NCBI GenBank assembly: GCA_963793305.1
Contig: CAWBZV010000003.1
Coordinates: forward strand, 896,001 to 960,000
Length of the DNA stretch: 64,000 nucleotides
Source: an uncultured Gemmatimonadales bacterium
GTDB lineage: Bacteria; Gemmatimonadota; Gemmatimonadetes; Gemmatimonadales; Gemmatimonadaceae
Reading direction: 5' to 3'
The notes beneath the pieces were generated by a model. The model saw only the letters and a program-made list of their open reading frames with translations, had not been told where the DNA came from and made no database searches. Positions within the stretch are counted from its first letter, which is position 1; every line of letters starts with the position of its first letter. Positions 9,948 to 21,353 of this stretch are shown piece by piece. Made by a program: the position numbers and the translations under genes.

Positions 9948-11425
9948 GGAAAGACCGCTCGTCGCTTGAGTCGCAGCAGCGCTTCCAGTCGCTCCGGCGT
10001 TGCCGCTATCGGCCTCAGCTCCGGAAAGATGACGCTCTCTGTGTACCCTGACGCCCAGATCACGAGCGACGGCTGTCGCGCGAGGGCCGTGGCCAGTGCG
10101 CGGGCCGTGTCCGGATCGACAATCCACGGCATGGCGCGCGACGGGCGGTGAGTCGCGAAGTATACGTCGGCAACGTCGTTCGAATAGAGCGCGGCAGTAT
10201 TGCCCCGCGCTGAGTCCCTGACCCACGTCCACAGCCCACTCCGAACGACTTCCAATTTCGCGTGATAGAACCCTTCGGTTCTCGCGACGTACACCAGTGT
10301 CCCGACCGCCCGCGCGGACACGATGGCCCACACGCCGAGCGCGGCGAGCGCGATCGCATGTCGCCTGCTCCACGGCCACCACGCCGCCAGCGCAGCGACG
10401 ATGGCGATATCCAGCGCGGCGTGCACGGGCGAGAACATGCGATCCGAAAGCTCGACGTTGCCCTGCAGCAGTTGCGCGACGAGTAGGAGCCCCGCGCACG
10501 CCGCGCCGAGCAGGACGCCAGCCCGCACGATCCGGCTTTGTTGCCACTCCCGCGCGACAACGCAAACAACGCCGACAACCAAGGCAACTTTCATGGCCGC
10601 GCGGGCAAGTCGAGCTGCGCCGGCGGTGACGCCAACGGGATCCGGCCCCAACCACGACAGCGTCGCGCCAAGAAACTGTCTCAGTGTCTGCAGAGGATAG
10701 TGATCGAGATGCAGCCGCCTGACCGTCCCCCCGTGCGCGCTGACCACAGCGGCCCATGCGACATACGCGATGACGCCGGGTAGCACGGCCACTATCCCGC
10801 GCCTCAAACGAACGCTGAGCGAAGGAGCAGGTTGCGTGACGGCCCACGCGCCGCATGCGGCGACGACGCCGAGTCCCACGTATCGCAGCATCAACGCCAG
10901 CGCCCCGGTGAGCCCGTATTGGAGGGGTCGATCGGGGCGATTGGCCATGAGAAAAAGTGTGGCGACGACCGCGGTGATGAACGGCGGCTCGCTCAGCGCG
11001 TCGAGGTGCACAGCGACGACCGAAGCGGTGAGTGCCAGGACGAGAGCGGCCACGAGCCCCCACGCGAACCCGAACGTGGTGCCGACGAGCACCACGGTGA
11101 GAAACACGGTCACGGCGGCCGAGGCCGCGACGACGAGGCGAGCGCCGGTGACGGCGTTTGCGCCGAGCAGCATTGGGCCCGCGATGGCGACGGGAAATCC
11201 CGGCGGCCACTGCGCCAATGGGCTCGTGCTATCCGCGCTCGTATACGGCGCGAACGGAACGCGCAAGGTCCCGTGTTGCACGAGCGACTCGGCCGCCCCC
11301 ATGTAGCCGGCCGAGTCGCCATAGAGTCCGGGCCCGGGCGGCCGGGTACCGAGCATGACGAGGCCGAAGGCGAGCGCGCCCAGGGTCAGCCCGGTTAAAC
11401 TTTGCTTCGTGGCTCCCCAATTCAT
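9917..11425 (-). CDS. Polytopic membrane protein, GT-C-like glycosyltransferase (paralog of 6042-7550)
   Basis: [32 protein letters not shown] and GIVW have counterparts in the paralog. Start uncertain because it overlaps the ettA start. Confidence 0.65.
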   Translation of the reverse strand: MNWGATKQSLTGLTLGALAFGLVMLGTRPPGPGLYGDSAGYMGAAESLVQHGTLRVPFAPYTSADSTSPLAQWPPGFPVAIAGPMLLGANAVTGARLVVAASAAVTVFLTVVLVGTTFGFAWGLVAALVLALTASVVAVHLDALSEPPFITAVVATLFLMANRPDRPLQYGLTGALALMLRYVGLGVVAACGAWAVTQPAPSLSVRLRRGIVAVLPGVIAYVAWAAVVSAHGGTVRRLHLDHYPLQTLRQFLGATLSWLGPDPVGVTAGAARLARAAMKVALVVGVVCVVAREWQQSRIVRAGVLLGAACAGLLLVAQLLQGNVELSDRMFSPVHAALDIAIVAALAAWWPWSRRHAIALAALGVWAIVSARAVGTLVYVARTEGFYHAKLEVVRSGLWTWVRDSARGNTAALYSNDVADVYFATHRPSRAMPWIVDPDTARALATALARQPSLVIWASGYTESVIFPELRPIAATPERLEALLRLKRRAVFPEGIVWEYER

Positions 11426-13085
11426 CTATGTCATGAAGGGTCTGCGCAAGGTCGTCCCGCCATCGCGGGAGATCCTGCGCGACATCTATCTCAGTTTCTA
11501 CCCAGGCGCCAAGATCGGCGTCCTCGGCGCGAACGGCTCCGGCAAATCATCGCTGCTCAAGATCATGGCCGGTGTCGACCAGGACTTCCAGGGGGAGGCC
11601 TGGCCGCACGCGGGTACGCGGATCGGCTTCCTGTCCCAGGAACCGCGGCTCGACCCGTCGAAAGATGTGCGCGGCAATGTCGAAGAAGCCGTGGCCCCAA
11701 CCCGTGCCTTGTTGACGCGCTTCGAGGAGATCTCCGCGAAGTTCGCCGAACCAATGTCGGACGACGAGATGCAGAAGCTTCTGGACACTCAGGCCAAAGT
11801 CCAAGAACGCATCGATGCCGTCAACGCCTGGGACCTCGATCGCCACATCGAGATCGCCATGGATGCGCTCCGTCTCCCGCCGGGCGACGCGGATGTGTCG
11901 CTGTTGTCGGGTGGCGAGCGCCGTCGCGTCGCGTTGTGCCGCGTGTTGCTCGAAGAACCAGACATGCTGCTGCTCGACGAGCCCACGAACCATCTCGACG
12001 CCGAGAGCGTGGCGTGGCTCGAACGTCACCTGGCGGAGTTCCCGGGTACGGTCGTCGCGGTCACCCACGACCGGTATTTCCTGGACAACGTGGCGGGTTG
12101 GATCCTGGAGCTGGATCGCGGCGGCGGGATTCCATATGAAGGCAACTACACGGCGTGGCTCGACCAAAAGCGCACGCGTTTGGCCCAGGAAGAAAAACAG
12201 GCCTCGGCCCGCCAGCGGACGCTCGAGCGCGAGCTGGAGTGGGTGCGCATGGCGCCACGGGCTCGCCAGGCGAAATCCAAGGCGCGTGTACAACGCTACG
12301 AAGAGTTGGAGAAGGCCGACACGGCCGAGCGGGTGTTGCAAAACGAGATCGTGATTCCGCCGCCGCCACGGCTCGGCAACGATGTCGTGATCGCGAAGGA
12401 TCTCAAGAAGAGCTTTGGCGATACGCTGTTGTTCGAGAACATGTCATTCAGCCTTCCCCGGGGCGGGATCGTCGGCGTGATCGGCCCGAACGGCGCGGGA
12501 AAGACGACGCTCTTTCGCATGATCGTCGGGCAAGAGACGCCCGATAGCGGCACGCTGACCGTTGGGGAGACGGTGCAGCTGGCATACGTCGACCAGGGCC
12601 GCGAGCTCAACGGCGCGAACACGGTCTATCAAGAAGTGAGTGGCGGGAGCGACACGATCATGGTCGGCAAGCGCGAGCTCAACTCTCGCGCCTATCTCGC
12701 GAGCTTTAACTTCCGCGGGGCCGATCAGCAGAAGAAAGTCGCGGATCTCTCGGGTGGCGAGCGCAACCGCTTGCACCTGTCGAAGCTGCTCAAATCGGGT
12801 GGCAACCTGTTGCTGCTCGACGAGCCGACGAACGATCTCAACGTCGACACGCTGCGCGCGCTTGAGGAAGCGTTGCTGGATTTCGCGGGCTGCGCGGTCG
12901 TGATCACGCACGATCGCTGGTTCCTCGATCGTATCGCGACGCACATCCTGGCGTTCGAGGGCAACAGCGAGGTGGTCTGGTTCGAGGGGAATTACCGGGC
13001 GTACTCCGAAGACCTGCACAGGCGGAAGGGGACAGATGCCGACCAACCGCACCGGATCGCGTATAAGAAGCTGGTTCGCGCTTAG
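11409..13085 (+). CDS. ettA: Energy-dependent translational throttle protein (ABC-F)
   Basis: Starts (M)[27 protein letters not shown], two ABC domains, [15 protein letters not shown] linker, [17 protein letters not shown]. Confidence 0.97.
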   Translation: MAPQFIYVMKGLRKVVPPSREILRDIYLSFYPGAKIGVLGANGSGKSSLLKIMAGVDQDFQGEAWPHAGTRIGFLSQEPRLDPSKDVRGNVEEAVAPTRALLTRFEEISAKFAEPMSDDEMQKLLDTQAKVQERIDAVNAWDLDRHIEIAMDALRLPPGDADVSLLSGGERRRVALCRVLLEEPDMLLLDEPTNHLDAESVAWLERHLAEFPGTVVAVTHDRYFLDNVAGWILELDRGGGIPYEGNYTAWLDQKRTRLAQEEKQASARQRTLERELEWVRMAPRARQAKSKARVQRYEELEKADTAERVLQNEIVIPPPPRLGNDVVIAKDLKKSFGDTLLFENMSFSLPRGGIVGVIGPNGAGKTTLFRMIVGQETPDSGTLTVGETVQLAYVDQGRELNGANTVYQEVSGGSDTIMVGKRELNSRAYLASFNFRGADQQKKVADLSGGERNRLHLSKLLKSGGNLLLLDEPTNDLNVDTLRALEEALLDFAGCAVVITHDRWFLDRIATHILAFEGNSEVVWFEGNYRAYSEDLHRRKGTDADQPHRIAYKKLVRA

Positions 13086-13650
13086 CCTGTTCGTGGTGGC
13101 ACCCATCGGTGCCCAATCGCCGGCCCTGCGCATTGCCCAAGCCGTGAGCCCGGCGCCGTCGACGTTTCGAGCCGGCGCCACTGTCATGGGCTACGACAGC
13201 GCCGGCAAGCTGGTCACGTTGCGCCAGGGCACCAATGACCTGATCTGCCTCGCGGATGACTCGCGGCGCAAGAACTTCCACGTGTCGTGCTACTTCAAGG
13301 CGCTCGAGCCATTTATGGCCCGCGGCCGCGAGCTTCGCGCCAAGGGGCTGTCGTCCGATTCCGCCGACTCGGTCCGCGCGAACGAGATTCGCGCCGGCAA
13401 GTTGGCGATGCCAAAGACGCCGACCGCGCTCTACCAGCTCGGCGCTCCTCGCGAGCAAGTAGGCGACTCCGGCGTCAAGGGCGCGCGCTATCTCTACGTC
13501 GTCTACATGCCGTACGCGACGCCTGCGAGCACCGGTCTCACCATTCAGCCATTGAACAATGGCGGCCCGTGGCTCATGTACCCGGGAAAGCCCTGGGCGC
13601 ACATCATGATCGCGCCGAAAGAGCCTCAGAACGTCACGTTCGGCCCGTGA
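13036..13650 (+). CDS. Hypothetical secreted protein
   Basis: Signal-peptide-like N-terminus, Cys pair (LICLAD...VSCY), C-terminal [15 protein letters not shown]. Confidence 0.7.
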   Translation: MPTNRTGSRIRSWFALSLFVVAPIGAQSPALRIAQAVSPAPSTFRAGATVMGYDSAGKLVTLRQGTNDLICLADDSRRKNFHVSCYFKALEPFMARGRELRAKGLSSDSADSVRANEIRAGKLAMPKTPTALYQLGAPREQVGDSGVKGARYLYVVYMPYATPASTGLTIQPLNNGGPWLMYPGKPWAHIMIAPKEPQNVTFGP

Positions 13651-13669
13651 TGCTGAGCGTCTCGCACCC

Positions 13670-14263
13670 ATGACGGCCAGTGTCTTAGAGCACACGCTCG
13701 TGTACCGGCTCTGGCAGGCACCATTTGCCGAGCACAAGTTCGCCCCGATTGTCGCGCACAACGATCTCGGAAAAGTTCGCCGAGTGCTCAACGTCGGCTG
13801 TGGCCCGGGCACGAACACGCACCATTTTGCGCATGCCGACTACATCGGCATCGACATCAACCCGCGCTACGTGGCCGCCGCGGAGCGGCGCACGGGTCGT
13901 CGTTTTATAGCCGCAGACGCCACGACGTACGAAGTCGACCCGTCCGAGCGCTTCGATTTCATTTTCCTGAACAGCTTCTTACATCACGTCGACACGCTGT
14001 CCGTGCGCCGGATCCTGTCGCACGTCGCGACGTTGCTGACCGACGACGGCGCCATTCACATATTGGACCTGATACGCCCAGATCGTCCGAGCATCGCGGC
14101 AACGCTCGCCCGACTGGACCGCGGCGACTTCCCGCGCCCACTCGCCGAGTGGAAGCAGCTGTTCGAAGAATCCTACCAGCCCGTCATCTTCGAGCCCTAC
14201 CCACTGACGGGCCTCGGCGTCACGCTCTGGCAGATGATCTACTTCAAGGGCACTCGCCGGTGA
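13670..14263 (+). CDS. Class I SAM-dependent methyltransferase
   Basis: VLNVGCGPG, GIDIN, FLHHVD. Confidence 0.88.
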   Translation: MTASVLEHTLVYRLWQAPFAEHKFAPIVAHNDLGKVRRVLNVGCGPGTNTHHFAHADYIGIDINPRYVAAAERRTGRRFIAADATTYEVDPSERFDFIFLNSFLHHVDTLSVRRILSHVATLLTDDGAIHILDLIRPDRPSIAATLARLDRGDFPRPLAEWKQLFEESYQPVIFEPYPLTGLGVTLWQMIYFKGTRR

Positions 14264-15189
14264 CTCGGCTGTCTGTCGCGATCCCTCTCTTCAACGAACA
14301 AGAGGTCCTGCCCGAGCTCCTCCGGAGAGTCGGCGCGGTCCTCGATGGCATTACCGATGGCCCACACGAGATCGTCATCGTCGACGATGGCAGCTCTGAT
14401 CGTACGCCGGCCCTGTTAGATGCGGCGGCGAACGTCAACCCGCGCCTGGTCGTCGTCACGCTGTCGCGCAACTTCGGCCACCAGGCCGCGCTGACGGCTG
14501 CGCTCGACCACGCGAGCGGCGACGCCGTCGTTCTCATGGACGGTGATCTGCAGGACCCGCCGGAGGCGATCCCGTCGCTCCTCGCGCAACACGCCGCGGG
14601 CTACGACGTGGTCTACGCGCAGCGCATGCAACGCAAGGAGTCCTGGCCGCTCCGGGCCTCCTATTTTCTTTTCTATCGCCTGCTGTACTGGCTCGCCGAT
14701 CTGCGCCTGCCGCTCGACGCCGGCGACTTCGGCCTCATGTCGCGCCGCGTCGTCGACCAGATCAAGGCCGCCCCGGAGCACAACCGCTATCTGCGCGGCC
14801 TTCGCGTCTGGGCGGGATATAAGCACATCGGCGTGCCGGTCGAGCGCGACGCGCGCTTCGCGGGCAAGAGCAAGTACAGCACGCTCAAGCTGCTGCGGCT
14901 CGCCTCCGATGGCATCTTCGCGTTCTCGATCGTCCCGTTGCGCGCCGCCGCCGTGGTCGGCGCGATCGCGATCACGCTCTCGATCGTGTTCGCCTTATAC
15001 GCGCTCTACGCGAAGGTCGTGCTCGACCGGTCGCCCGCGGGGTTTACGGCCATCACGATTCTGGTCACGTTCCTCTCGGGCGTGAACATTCTCTTCGTCG
15101 GCGTGATCGGCGAGTATGTCGGGCGGATCTACGAAGAGGTGAAGGCCCGCCCCGTGTACGTCGTCGAGCGGCTCAAGCGTGGACCCTGA
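14260..15189 (+). CDS. GT2 GtrB/ArnC-like undecaprenyl-phosphate glycosyltransferase
   Basis: VDDGSSD, LSRNFGHQAA, MDGDLQDPP, GDFGLMSRR, IGEYVGRIYEEVKARP; GTGA overlap with the previous gene. Confidence 0.93.
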   Translation: MTRLSVAIPLFNEQEVLPELLRRVGAVLDGITDGPHEIVIVDDGSSDRTPALLDAAANVNPRLVVVTLSRNFGHQAALTAALDHASGDAVVLMDGDLQDPPEAIPSLLAQHAAGYDVVYAQRMQRKESWPLRASYFLFYRLLYWLADLRLPLDAGDFGLMSRRVVDQIKAAPEHNRYLRGLRVWAGYKHIGVPVERDARFAGKSKYSTLKLLRLASDGIFAFSIVPLRAAAVVGAIAITLSIVFALYALYAKVVLDRSPAGFTAITILVTFLSGVNILFVGVIGEYVGRIYEEVKARPVYVVERLKRGP

Positions 15190-15890
15190 GTACGGCCGCC
15201 GCTATCGCCAGCTGTACGAGCAGCACTGGTGGTGGCGCGCGCGAGAGGCGGCGATTGTCGACGTCCTGCGCACGGTCTCACCGCCCGGCGGCTGGCCGCG
15301 CGTCCTCGATATTGGCTGTGGCGATGGCCTCTTCTTCGCGCGGTTGGCCGAGTTCGGCTCAGTCGTAGAGGGAATCGAACCGTCGTCCGATCTCGTCACC
15401 GACGACCGTGGCGGCGCGATCTCCATCCGCCCGTTCGACTCGACGTTCCAACCAGCGGCACCCTACGATCTGATCGTGATGCTCGACGTGCTCGAGCACC
15501 TCGATCGCCCGGCCGAAGCGCTTATCGCACGTCTTGTCGATCCTGTCTGTGTCGGGCACTGTCGTGATCACCGTCCCGGCGTTCCGCTCACTCTGGACGA
15601 GCTGGGATGTCATGAACCAGCACGTGACGCGCTACACGAAATCATCATTCCGGTCACTCGCTCGCGAGGTTGGATTCCGCGTCGACCGCTGCGAGTATTT
15701 CTTCCACTGGACGTTCCCAATTCGCTTTGCCCAACGCGTCCTGGAATCGATCGTCCCGCGTCAGTCAGCGCCGCTCCCCACTATTCCGCCACGGCCAGTC
15801 AACGCGCTCCTATACAGCCTCTCGCGCGCCGAGTGGGGTCTTCATCTGCCGTTCGGCACGTCGCTACTCGTTGTCGGTGGCCGCCAATGA
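15179..15890 (+). CDS. Class I SAM-dependent methyltransferase, frameshifted near 15521
   Basis: HWWWRAR, LDIGCGDG and LDVLEHLD in one frame continue as ITVPAFRSLW...HVTRY...PFGTSL in another. Confidence 0.85.
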
Positions 15891-17689
15891 ACCACATAGG
15901 GCCCGATGACGGCAGAGTCGGGAAATTGTTGCGCGAGAGCCGTCATGAGTCCTGGGTCGATCGGCCGCGAGAACCCACCGGGATACCCGCCCACGACGAT
16001 GACGTCGACGCGTTTCTCGGCAAGCGTGCGTAGCACGCGAGCGTCATGCCCGCTCGGCTCGTCGAGAAAGTCATAGATGACACGCGTAGGATTCTTCCGA
16101 TCCGTCAGCACGCTGATCTCGGGCAGATCGGGCGCCGCATACACATACCCGCCTTCCGGCGAATGCGCCCGCACGAGCGCGATGATGCTCTGATACTGAC
16201 GTGCCTCGGTCGCTCCGACGATGAGCCCATCGAGCCTGACGCTTGGCATCTGGTCGTCAGGTATTCTCTCGCCATTGATCCTGAACTTCACCGGATTCGT
16301 ACAGAGCAACGCGAAGCCGAGAAAGAATGCGCCGACGAGCGCCGGCACGACCCCGCTCACCAGCCCAAAAGCACACAGAATCGGGAAGGCCGCAAAATAC
16401 GAGACGTAATCCGACCCGGCGTACGGAAACTGCACCAGCCCGGTGAGTGCGGTCATGCACAGCACGACCCAGAACTCGCCACTGCCGCGCACGCCGCGTG
16501 CAACCGCGATGGCCCCGGCGATGACGAGCACGGGTGCCACGTGCCTGATGCTGGTCCACACAGCCGCATACGCCGCCCCGCCGTGCGCCGCCGCCGCGAG
16601 CAATGCCGCCAGCACCACTCCCACGACGACGACAGTCGCCCGGCTCGGCCGCCCCCACGGCACGAGTGCAACGACCCACGGAATCACCGCCCACAAGGTG
16701 CGCAGCGACTCCGGCGGCGCCATGGCGAACGCCAATCGTTGCCCGGGCGCGATGAGCGCCCCGTGCACGAGCGCGGGCACCAATGCACTCATCAAATACG
16801 GCAGCAGGAAGATGACGACGGGAATCGCGATCCCGGCGCCGAGAATGGCTGTCCTGCCGAGCAGTCGCCCGAGCTGACCAGTTGGTGGCCCACGCCACTC
16901 GCGCCACAGCAGTAGTGCCACCAGCGCAGCGGCGGGCACCACGAAATGCCATTGCGGCGACGCCCCCGGAATCCGCGCCACGGCTCGCGAAAGCATCGCG
17001 ACAAATCCCACGAGCGACACCGTGACGAACCACGAATACCCCCGCGATGTCGTCGTGCTTCCACGCTCGTCCCACACGAGGACCAGCAACGCGGCCGCGA
17101 TGTACGCCAGCCCTGTGAGCTTGACGACCACCGACAGCCCGCCAGCGACTCCCGCCGTCACCAGCCACGCCAGCCGTCGCGTCTCCAGAAACTTGATGAG
17201 CGCCGCCGCCCCGGCGGTCGCGAGGAAGAGGTTATACCACGACGGCATCGCCGCGACCCGATTCGGCACGGACCACGCGGCGACGATCGCCATCACGAAC
17301 GTCGCCGCCGCGGCTCCGCCGCGCGTCGATGCAGCGCTCCGCGCTGCTCGACTGGTCGGTTGGCCAGCGCTCGGCTCCGCCGAGCGCCACACAGAAAGCT
17401 GGAGGGCGATCCAGTACACGACGGGCAGCCACGCGAGGTACGCCGCGAGCAACGCGATGCGGAGCGAGATGAGACTCGTGCCGAGCAGCCGGAACACGCC
17501 GGCGTGATAGATGGCGAGCCCGCCGGTGTACGCGTCGTCGAAGTCCCAATGCGGCAGCTCGCCGCCCAAGACGCGGAGAGCGGTCTGCGCCAGCAGCCCT
17601 TCGTCGTGCGGATTCCAGCCGTAGGCGAGTCGACTGGCGAGGTACACGCCGCAGGCGACCCAGACGAGGGGGGGGACGATGCGCTTCAC
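15842..17689 (-). CDS. Polytopic membrane protein, GT-C-like glycosyltransferase
   Basis: TM1 followed by PHDEG acidic motif and PHWDFDDAYTGG, many TMs; GTG start coupled to the upstream TGA. Confidence 0.7.
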   Translation of the reverse strand: MKRIVPPLVWVACGVYLASRLAYGWNPHDEGLLAQTALRVLGGELPHWDFDDAYTGGLAIYHAGVFRLLGTSLISLRIALLAAYLAWLPVVYWIALQLSVWRSAEPSAGQPTSRAARSAASTRGGAAAATFVMAIVAAWSVPNRVAAMPSWYNLFLATAGAAALIKFLETRRLAWLVTAGVAGGLSVVVKLTGLAYIAAALLVLVWDERGSTTTSRGYSWFVTVSLVGFVAMLSRAVARIPGASPQWHFVVPAAALVALLLWREWRGPPTGQLGRLLGRTAILGAGIAIPVVIFLLPYLMSALVPALVHGALIAPGQRLAFAMAPPESLRTLWAVIPWVVALVPWGRPSRATVVVVGVVLAALLAAAAHGGAAYAAVWTSIRHVAPVLVIAGAIAVARGVRGSGEFWVVLCMTALTGLVQFPYAGSDYVSYFAAFPILCAFGLVSGVVPALVGAFFLGFALLCTNPVKFRINGERIPDDQMPSVRLDGLIVGATEARQYQSIIALVRAHSPEGGYVYAAPDLPEISVLTDRKNPTRVIYDFLDEPSGHDARVLRTLAEKRVDVIVVGGYPGGFSRPIDPGLMTALAQQFPDSAVIGPYVVHWRPPTTSSDVPNGR

Positions 17690-18283
17690 GCGGTAGCCGT
17701 TGCCGTCATGAGCCCCCACAGCCACCCGATCTTGTACGTGTCGACGGCGACCGTCGCATATCCGGCGCTCTCGATCAGTTGTCCGAGCTCGCGACTCCCG
17801 TACGCCCGCACGTATCCCCCGGCGTTCCGCCATCGCAGCAGTCGATCGCAGAATGCGACACGCGAGGTAGTCGTCGCACCAATCGGTGAGTACCAGCCGC
17901 CCACCTGAGCGCATGACGCGTCGTATCTCGCGTAGCACGCGAACAGGCTCGACCCAATAGTGCAGCACGCTCATCGACGCCACGGCATCAAATGTCTCGG
18001 CCCCGAACGGCAACGTCAGGGCATCCCCGGCCACTCGGGCGCCCGAGGCACGCGCTAACATGCGTTCCGAGAGATCGATGCCGACGACCGCGTCACCGAT
18101 TTGTCGCTGGAGCGCCCCGGTGCCGCACCCGACGTCGAGCACGGTCTCTCCGGGCGAGACGTTGAGCCTCGCCAGCGTCTGCCGCACGCTCGAGCCAATG
18201 TAGGCGGCCCAGCGCTCGTCATATCGTTGTGCGAGGCCATCATACCGCTCGCGCACGGCCTGGTTGTGCTGCACAAGAGCCAC
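17686..18283 (-). CDS. Class I SAM-dependent methyltransferase (UbiE-like), frameshifted near 17851
   Basis: [27 protein letters not shown] then CDRLLRW...[10 protein letters not shown] in another frame; the ORF track fuses it to the next gene. Confidence 0.85.
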
Positions 18284-18306
18284 GCGGGCTAATATACTTT
18301 TGCCTG
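18284..18306. promoter_or_regulatory. Overlapping bidirectional -10 elements for two leaderless genes
   Basis: Plus TATACT(18293-18298)-8 nt-ATG(18307); minus TATATT(18291-18296)-7 nt-GTG(18283). Confidence 0.65.
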
Positions 18307-19944
18307 ATGGCGAGAGACGCGGTCAATCATGAACCTGCGACGCAGTCGCAGCTCGGCAAGCAACCAATGCCCGAAGGGCCAAGTCCGAAGAGCCATATCG
18401 AGGTCACGCGCACCCCGCCGGGCTCCGAGCGCGTTCTGACGCCCGACGCGCTGGCCTTTGTCGCCCGCCTCCAGCGCGAATTCGGCGCCCAGCGTCAGCT
18501 CCTGTTGGACGCCCGCGCCGCCCGCCAGCACCGTTTGGACGCTGGCGAGCGTCCGCGTCTATTGCCGGAGACCGCGACCATTCGCGCGGCCGACTGGCGC
18601 GTCGCGCCACCGGCTCCATCCATGGCGGCTCGCCGCATCGAGATCACGGGGCCGGCTGAACGCAAGATGATGATCAATGCGTTCAATTCGGGCGCTGATG
18701 GGTTCATGGCCGACCTCGAGGATTCGTTGTCGCCGACGTGGGACAACGTGGTCGAGGCGCAGGCCAACCTGCAGGATGCGGTCCGTCTGTCGCTCGACTA
18801 CACGGCGCCGGACGGAAAAGCCTATCGCCTCAATCCCAAGATTGCGACGTTGCTGGTGCGCCCACGGGGGTGGCACCTGGTGGAGCGCCACGTACGAGTC
18901 GATGGCCAGCCGATGTCGGCGAGCTTGTTCGACTTCGGAATGTTCTTCTATCACAACGCCCGCGAGCAGATCGCGCGCGGCGTCGTTCCGTGTTTTTACG
19001 TCCCGAAGCTCGAGTCCCATCGCGAAGCGCGTCTCTGGCACGATGTGTTCGCGTTCGCCGAGCGGGAGCTCGGTATCGCTCATGGCACGATTCGCGTGAC
19101 GATTTTGATCGAGACGATCCTTGCGGCGTTCGAGATGGACGAGATCTTGTATGAGCTCCGCGACTACGGCGCGGCGCTCAACGCGGGCCGTTGGGACTAC
19201 ATCTTCTCGATCATCAAGAAGTTCCACGTCGACCCGGCGTTCGTGCTTCCGGACCGCGTGCAGGTGACGATGACGGTCCCGTTCATGCGTGCGTACGCCG
19301 AGCGACTGGTGCGCACGTGTCATCATCGCGGCGCGCAGGCGATCGGCGGGATGGCGGCCTTTATTCCGAGTCGCCGCGACCCGCAGATCAACGCGACGGC
19401 GATGACGCGCGTGACCGAGGACAAGCAGCGCGAGGCGAGCGACGGGTTCGACGGCACGTGGATCGCGCACCCTGACCTGGTTCCGGTCGCGCTCCAGGCC
19501 TTCGCGAATCGCTCCGCCGTGTCACGCGACGCGGGCGCCCCGGACGCGGATCCGGCGCTCTTGCTCGACGTCCGGATTCCCGGGGGCACGGTCACGGAGA
19601 CGGGCGTTCGCAACAACATCAGTGTCGCGCTCCAGTACTTGGAAGCTTGGATGCGTGGCTCGGGCGCGGTTGGTATCAACAACCTGATGGAGGACGCAGC
19701 GACGGCCGAGATCTCGCGGTCGCAGCTATGGCAGTGGATCCACCATCGCGCGCATCTCGCCGGCGGCAGTCACGTGACGCAGGAGCTCTACGATGAGATC
19801 CGCACGGCCGAGTTGATTACGCGACGCGCCGAGTCGGGGCATAAGGGACGGTGGGACGACGCGGCGGTGTTTCTCGACGACTTGGTTACGAGCTCCGCGT
19901 TCCCGGAATTTCTAACGGTGGCTGGCGCCCACTACCTGAAGTAA
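18307..19944 (+). CDS. aceB: Malate synthase A
   Basis: [60 protein letters not shown]. Confidence 0.97.
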   Translation: MARDAVNHEPATQSQLGKQPMPEGPSPKSHIEVTRTPPGSERVLTPDALAFVARLQREFGAQRQLLLDARAARQHRLDAGERPRLLPETATIRAADWRVAPPAPSMAARRIEITGPAERKMMINAFNSGADGFMADLEDSLSPTWDNVVEAQANLQDAVRLSLDYTAPDGKAYRLNPKIATLLVRPRGWHLVERHVRVDGQPMSASLFDFGMFFYHNAREQIARGVVPCFYVPKLESHREARLWHDVFAFAERELGIAHGTIRVTILIETILAAFEMDEILYELRDYGAALNAGRWDYIFSIIKKFHVDPAFVLPDRVQVTMTVPFMRAYAERLVRTCHHRGAQAIGGMAAFIPSRRDPQINATAMTRVTEDKQREASDGFDGTWIAHPDLVPVALQAFANRSAVSRDAGAPDADPALLLDVRIPGGTVTETGVRNNISVALQYLEAWMRGSGAVGINNLMEDAATAEISRSQLWQWIHHRAHLAGGSHVTQELYDEIRTAELITRRAESGHKGRWDDAAVFLDDLVTSSAFPEFLTVAGAHYLK

Positions 19945-21010
19945 CCCGTTCGGCGACGATCTCGCCGATCGCGCTGGCGAATTTGAATCCGTGTCCTGAG
20001 CACGCGCTCACGATCTCGACATTGGGATGTGCGGGGTGACTCGCGACGAGGAACCGTTCGTCGGGCGTGTTCGTGTACAGGCACACGGACGACTCGATCA
20101 GCGGCCCGTCCGCGGCAGGCATGTAGGTTCTGAGCAGAGCCCGCACGTACGCGACCTCGTCGGCCCCGACGGTACGATCCACCGTCTCCGGATCAACTGT
20201 GCTGCCTTCGTGATGGATGGCGACCTTGATGCCTTCTCCGCGGTCAGGGATGGAATACCAAAATCGCCCGGGTGTGTATTCGCACATGATGATTGGCGTG
20301 CGTATTGGTGCCGCCGGCCGAAACCAGTGCTGCACTTGTCGCTCGACGCTGAGGTTCACGCCGAGGTCCGGCACGAGCGCCTTTGTCCAAGCGCCGGCGG
20401 CGATGATGAGTCGTTCGCATGCGTACGCGCCGTGCTCAGTGGTCACGCGCAGCCCGCGGTCGCGCTGTTCCCATCCCACAACACGCTCATTGGTCGCAAG
20501 AGTCGCCCCAAGTTTCCGGGCGAGCTCGAGATACGCCGTGACGGCGACTTCGGGTTGCAACACGCCAGCGCGCGGCTCGGCGACGCCGACCATGTCGGCC
20601 ATTGCTCTTAAGGCCGGCACCCGTTCCATGACCTGTTTCGCGTCGAGCACTTCATGCTGGAGCCGATGCTCCTTCGCACTCGCCAGCGCCCCGCTCACGA
20701 GCCTCCCATCGGGGGGCCCCAACATGAGCCCCCCGGTGCGCTCGAATATCCGCCGCCCACTCAGGCTTTCTATCTCCCCCCATTTCTCGAAGGCTCTCGC
20801 CACGAGCGGCACATATCCGGGATCCTCGAAATAGGCTTCTCGAATGATCCGTGATTTCCCATGGGTGGACCCCAGGGTATGCGGTGGCTCGAACCGATCA
20901 ATGCCAAGCACTCTTTGCCCGCGTTTCGCCACTTCAAACGCGACCGCGCTGCCCATGGCACCAAGCCCAACGACGATCGCGTCATAGCGATCGGCCCTTC
21001 CATCAGCCAT
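19886..21010 (-). CDS. solA: N-methyl-L-tryptophan oxidase / monomeric sarcosine oxidase
   Basis: [46 protein letters not shown]. Confidence 0.92.
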   Translation of the reverse strand: MADGRADRYDAIVVGLGAMGSAVAFEVAKRGQRVLGIDRFEPPHTLGSTHGKSRIIREAYFEDPGYVPLVARAFEKWGEIESLSGRRIFERTGGLMLGPPDGRLVSGALASAKEHRLQHEVLDAKQVMERVPALRAMADMVGVAEPRAGVLQPEVAVTAYLELARKLGATLATNERVVGWEQRDRGLRVTTEHGAYACERLIIAAGAWTKALVPDLGVNLSVERQVQHWFRPAAPIRTPIIMCEYTPGRFWYSIPDRGEGIKVAIHHEGSTVDPETVDRTVGADEVAYVRALLRTYMPAADGPLIESSVCLYTNTPDERFLVASHPAHPNVEIVSACSGHGFKFASAIGEIVAERVTSGSGRQPPLEIPGTRSS

Positions 21011-21028
21011 ATTTCTCGCCCGCATCGG

Positions 21029-21101
21029 TGGGGTGTAGCTTAGCTGGCAAAGCGCCCGGCTGTTAACCGGGAGATCGCTGGTTCAAATCCAGCCGCCCCA
21101 G
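21029..21101 (+). tRNA. tRNA-Asn(GTT)
   Basis: Acceptor stem TGGGGTG/CGCCCCA, D arm TAGCTTAGCTGGCAAAGC, anticodon arm CCCGG-CTGTTAA-CCGGG, T arm GCTGG-TTCAAAT-CCAGC; CCA not encoded. Confidence 0.97.
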
Positions 21102-21308
21102 TTTCCAACCAGATCTGAATCATCGACTTACGCGCTCGGCATCTCAACTCACGCGAGCGCGGGGTGCCATTGGGTGCCGTTTAGCGGCACCCGATTCGTT
21201 GCCCATTCCCACTGCAGCCCGAGCTCGTCTCCGACACTACGAGGCACTAGCCTGCCAAGTGACCAGTCGCGAGTATTGGATGTAGCTTGCACGGTTGAAC
21301 TTACAACA

Positions 21309-21353
21309 TTGTATGCCGTGGAATGTCCGCATATATTGATATATGCGGACATT
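21309..21353 (+). promoter_or_regulatory. abiE promoter and operator inverted repeat
   Basis: TTGTAT-17-TATATT-5 nt-ATG; perfect 15-bp arms AATGTCCGCATATAT-TG-ATATATGCGGACATT (21322-21353) cover the -10 and start codon. Confidence 0.85.

Noticed and set aside
15842..18283. 813-aa methyltransferase-membrane protein fusion in the ORF track
   Set aside because: Produced by a frameshift near 17851. The methyltransferase ends at 17686 in another frame and the membrane gene has its own coupled GTG at 17689.
18307..19944. aceB without aceA as a novel pathway
   Set aside because: Unlinked malate synthases are common, and aceA may lie outside the window.
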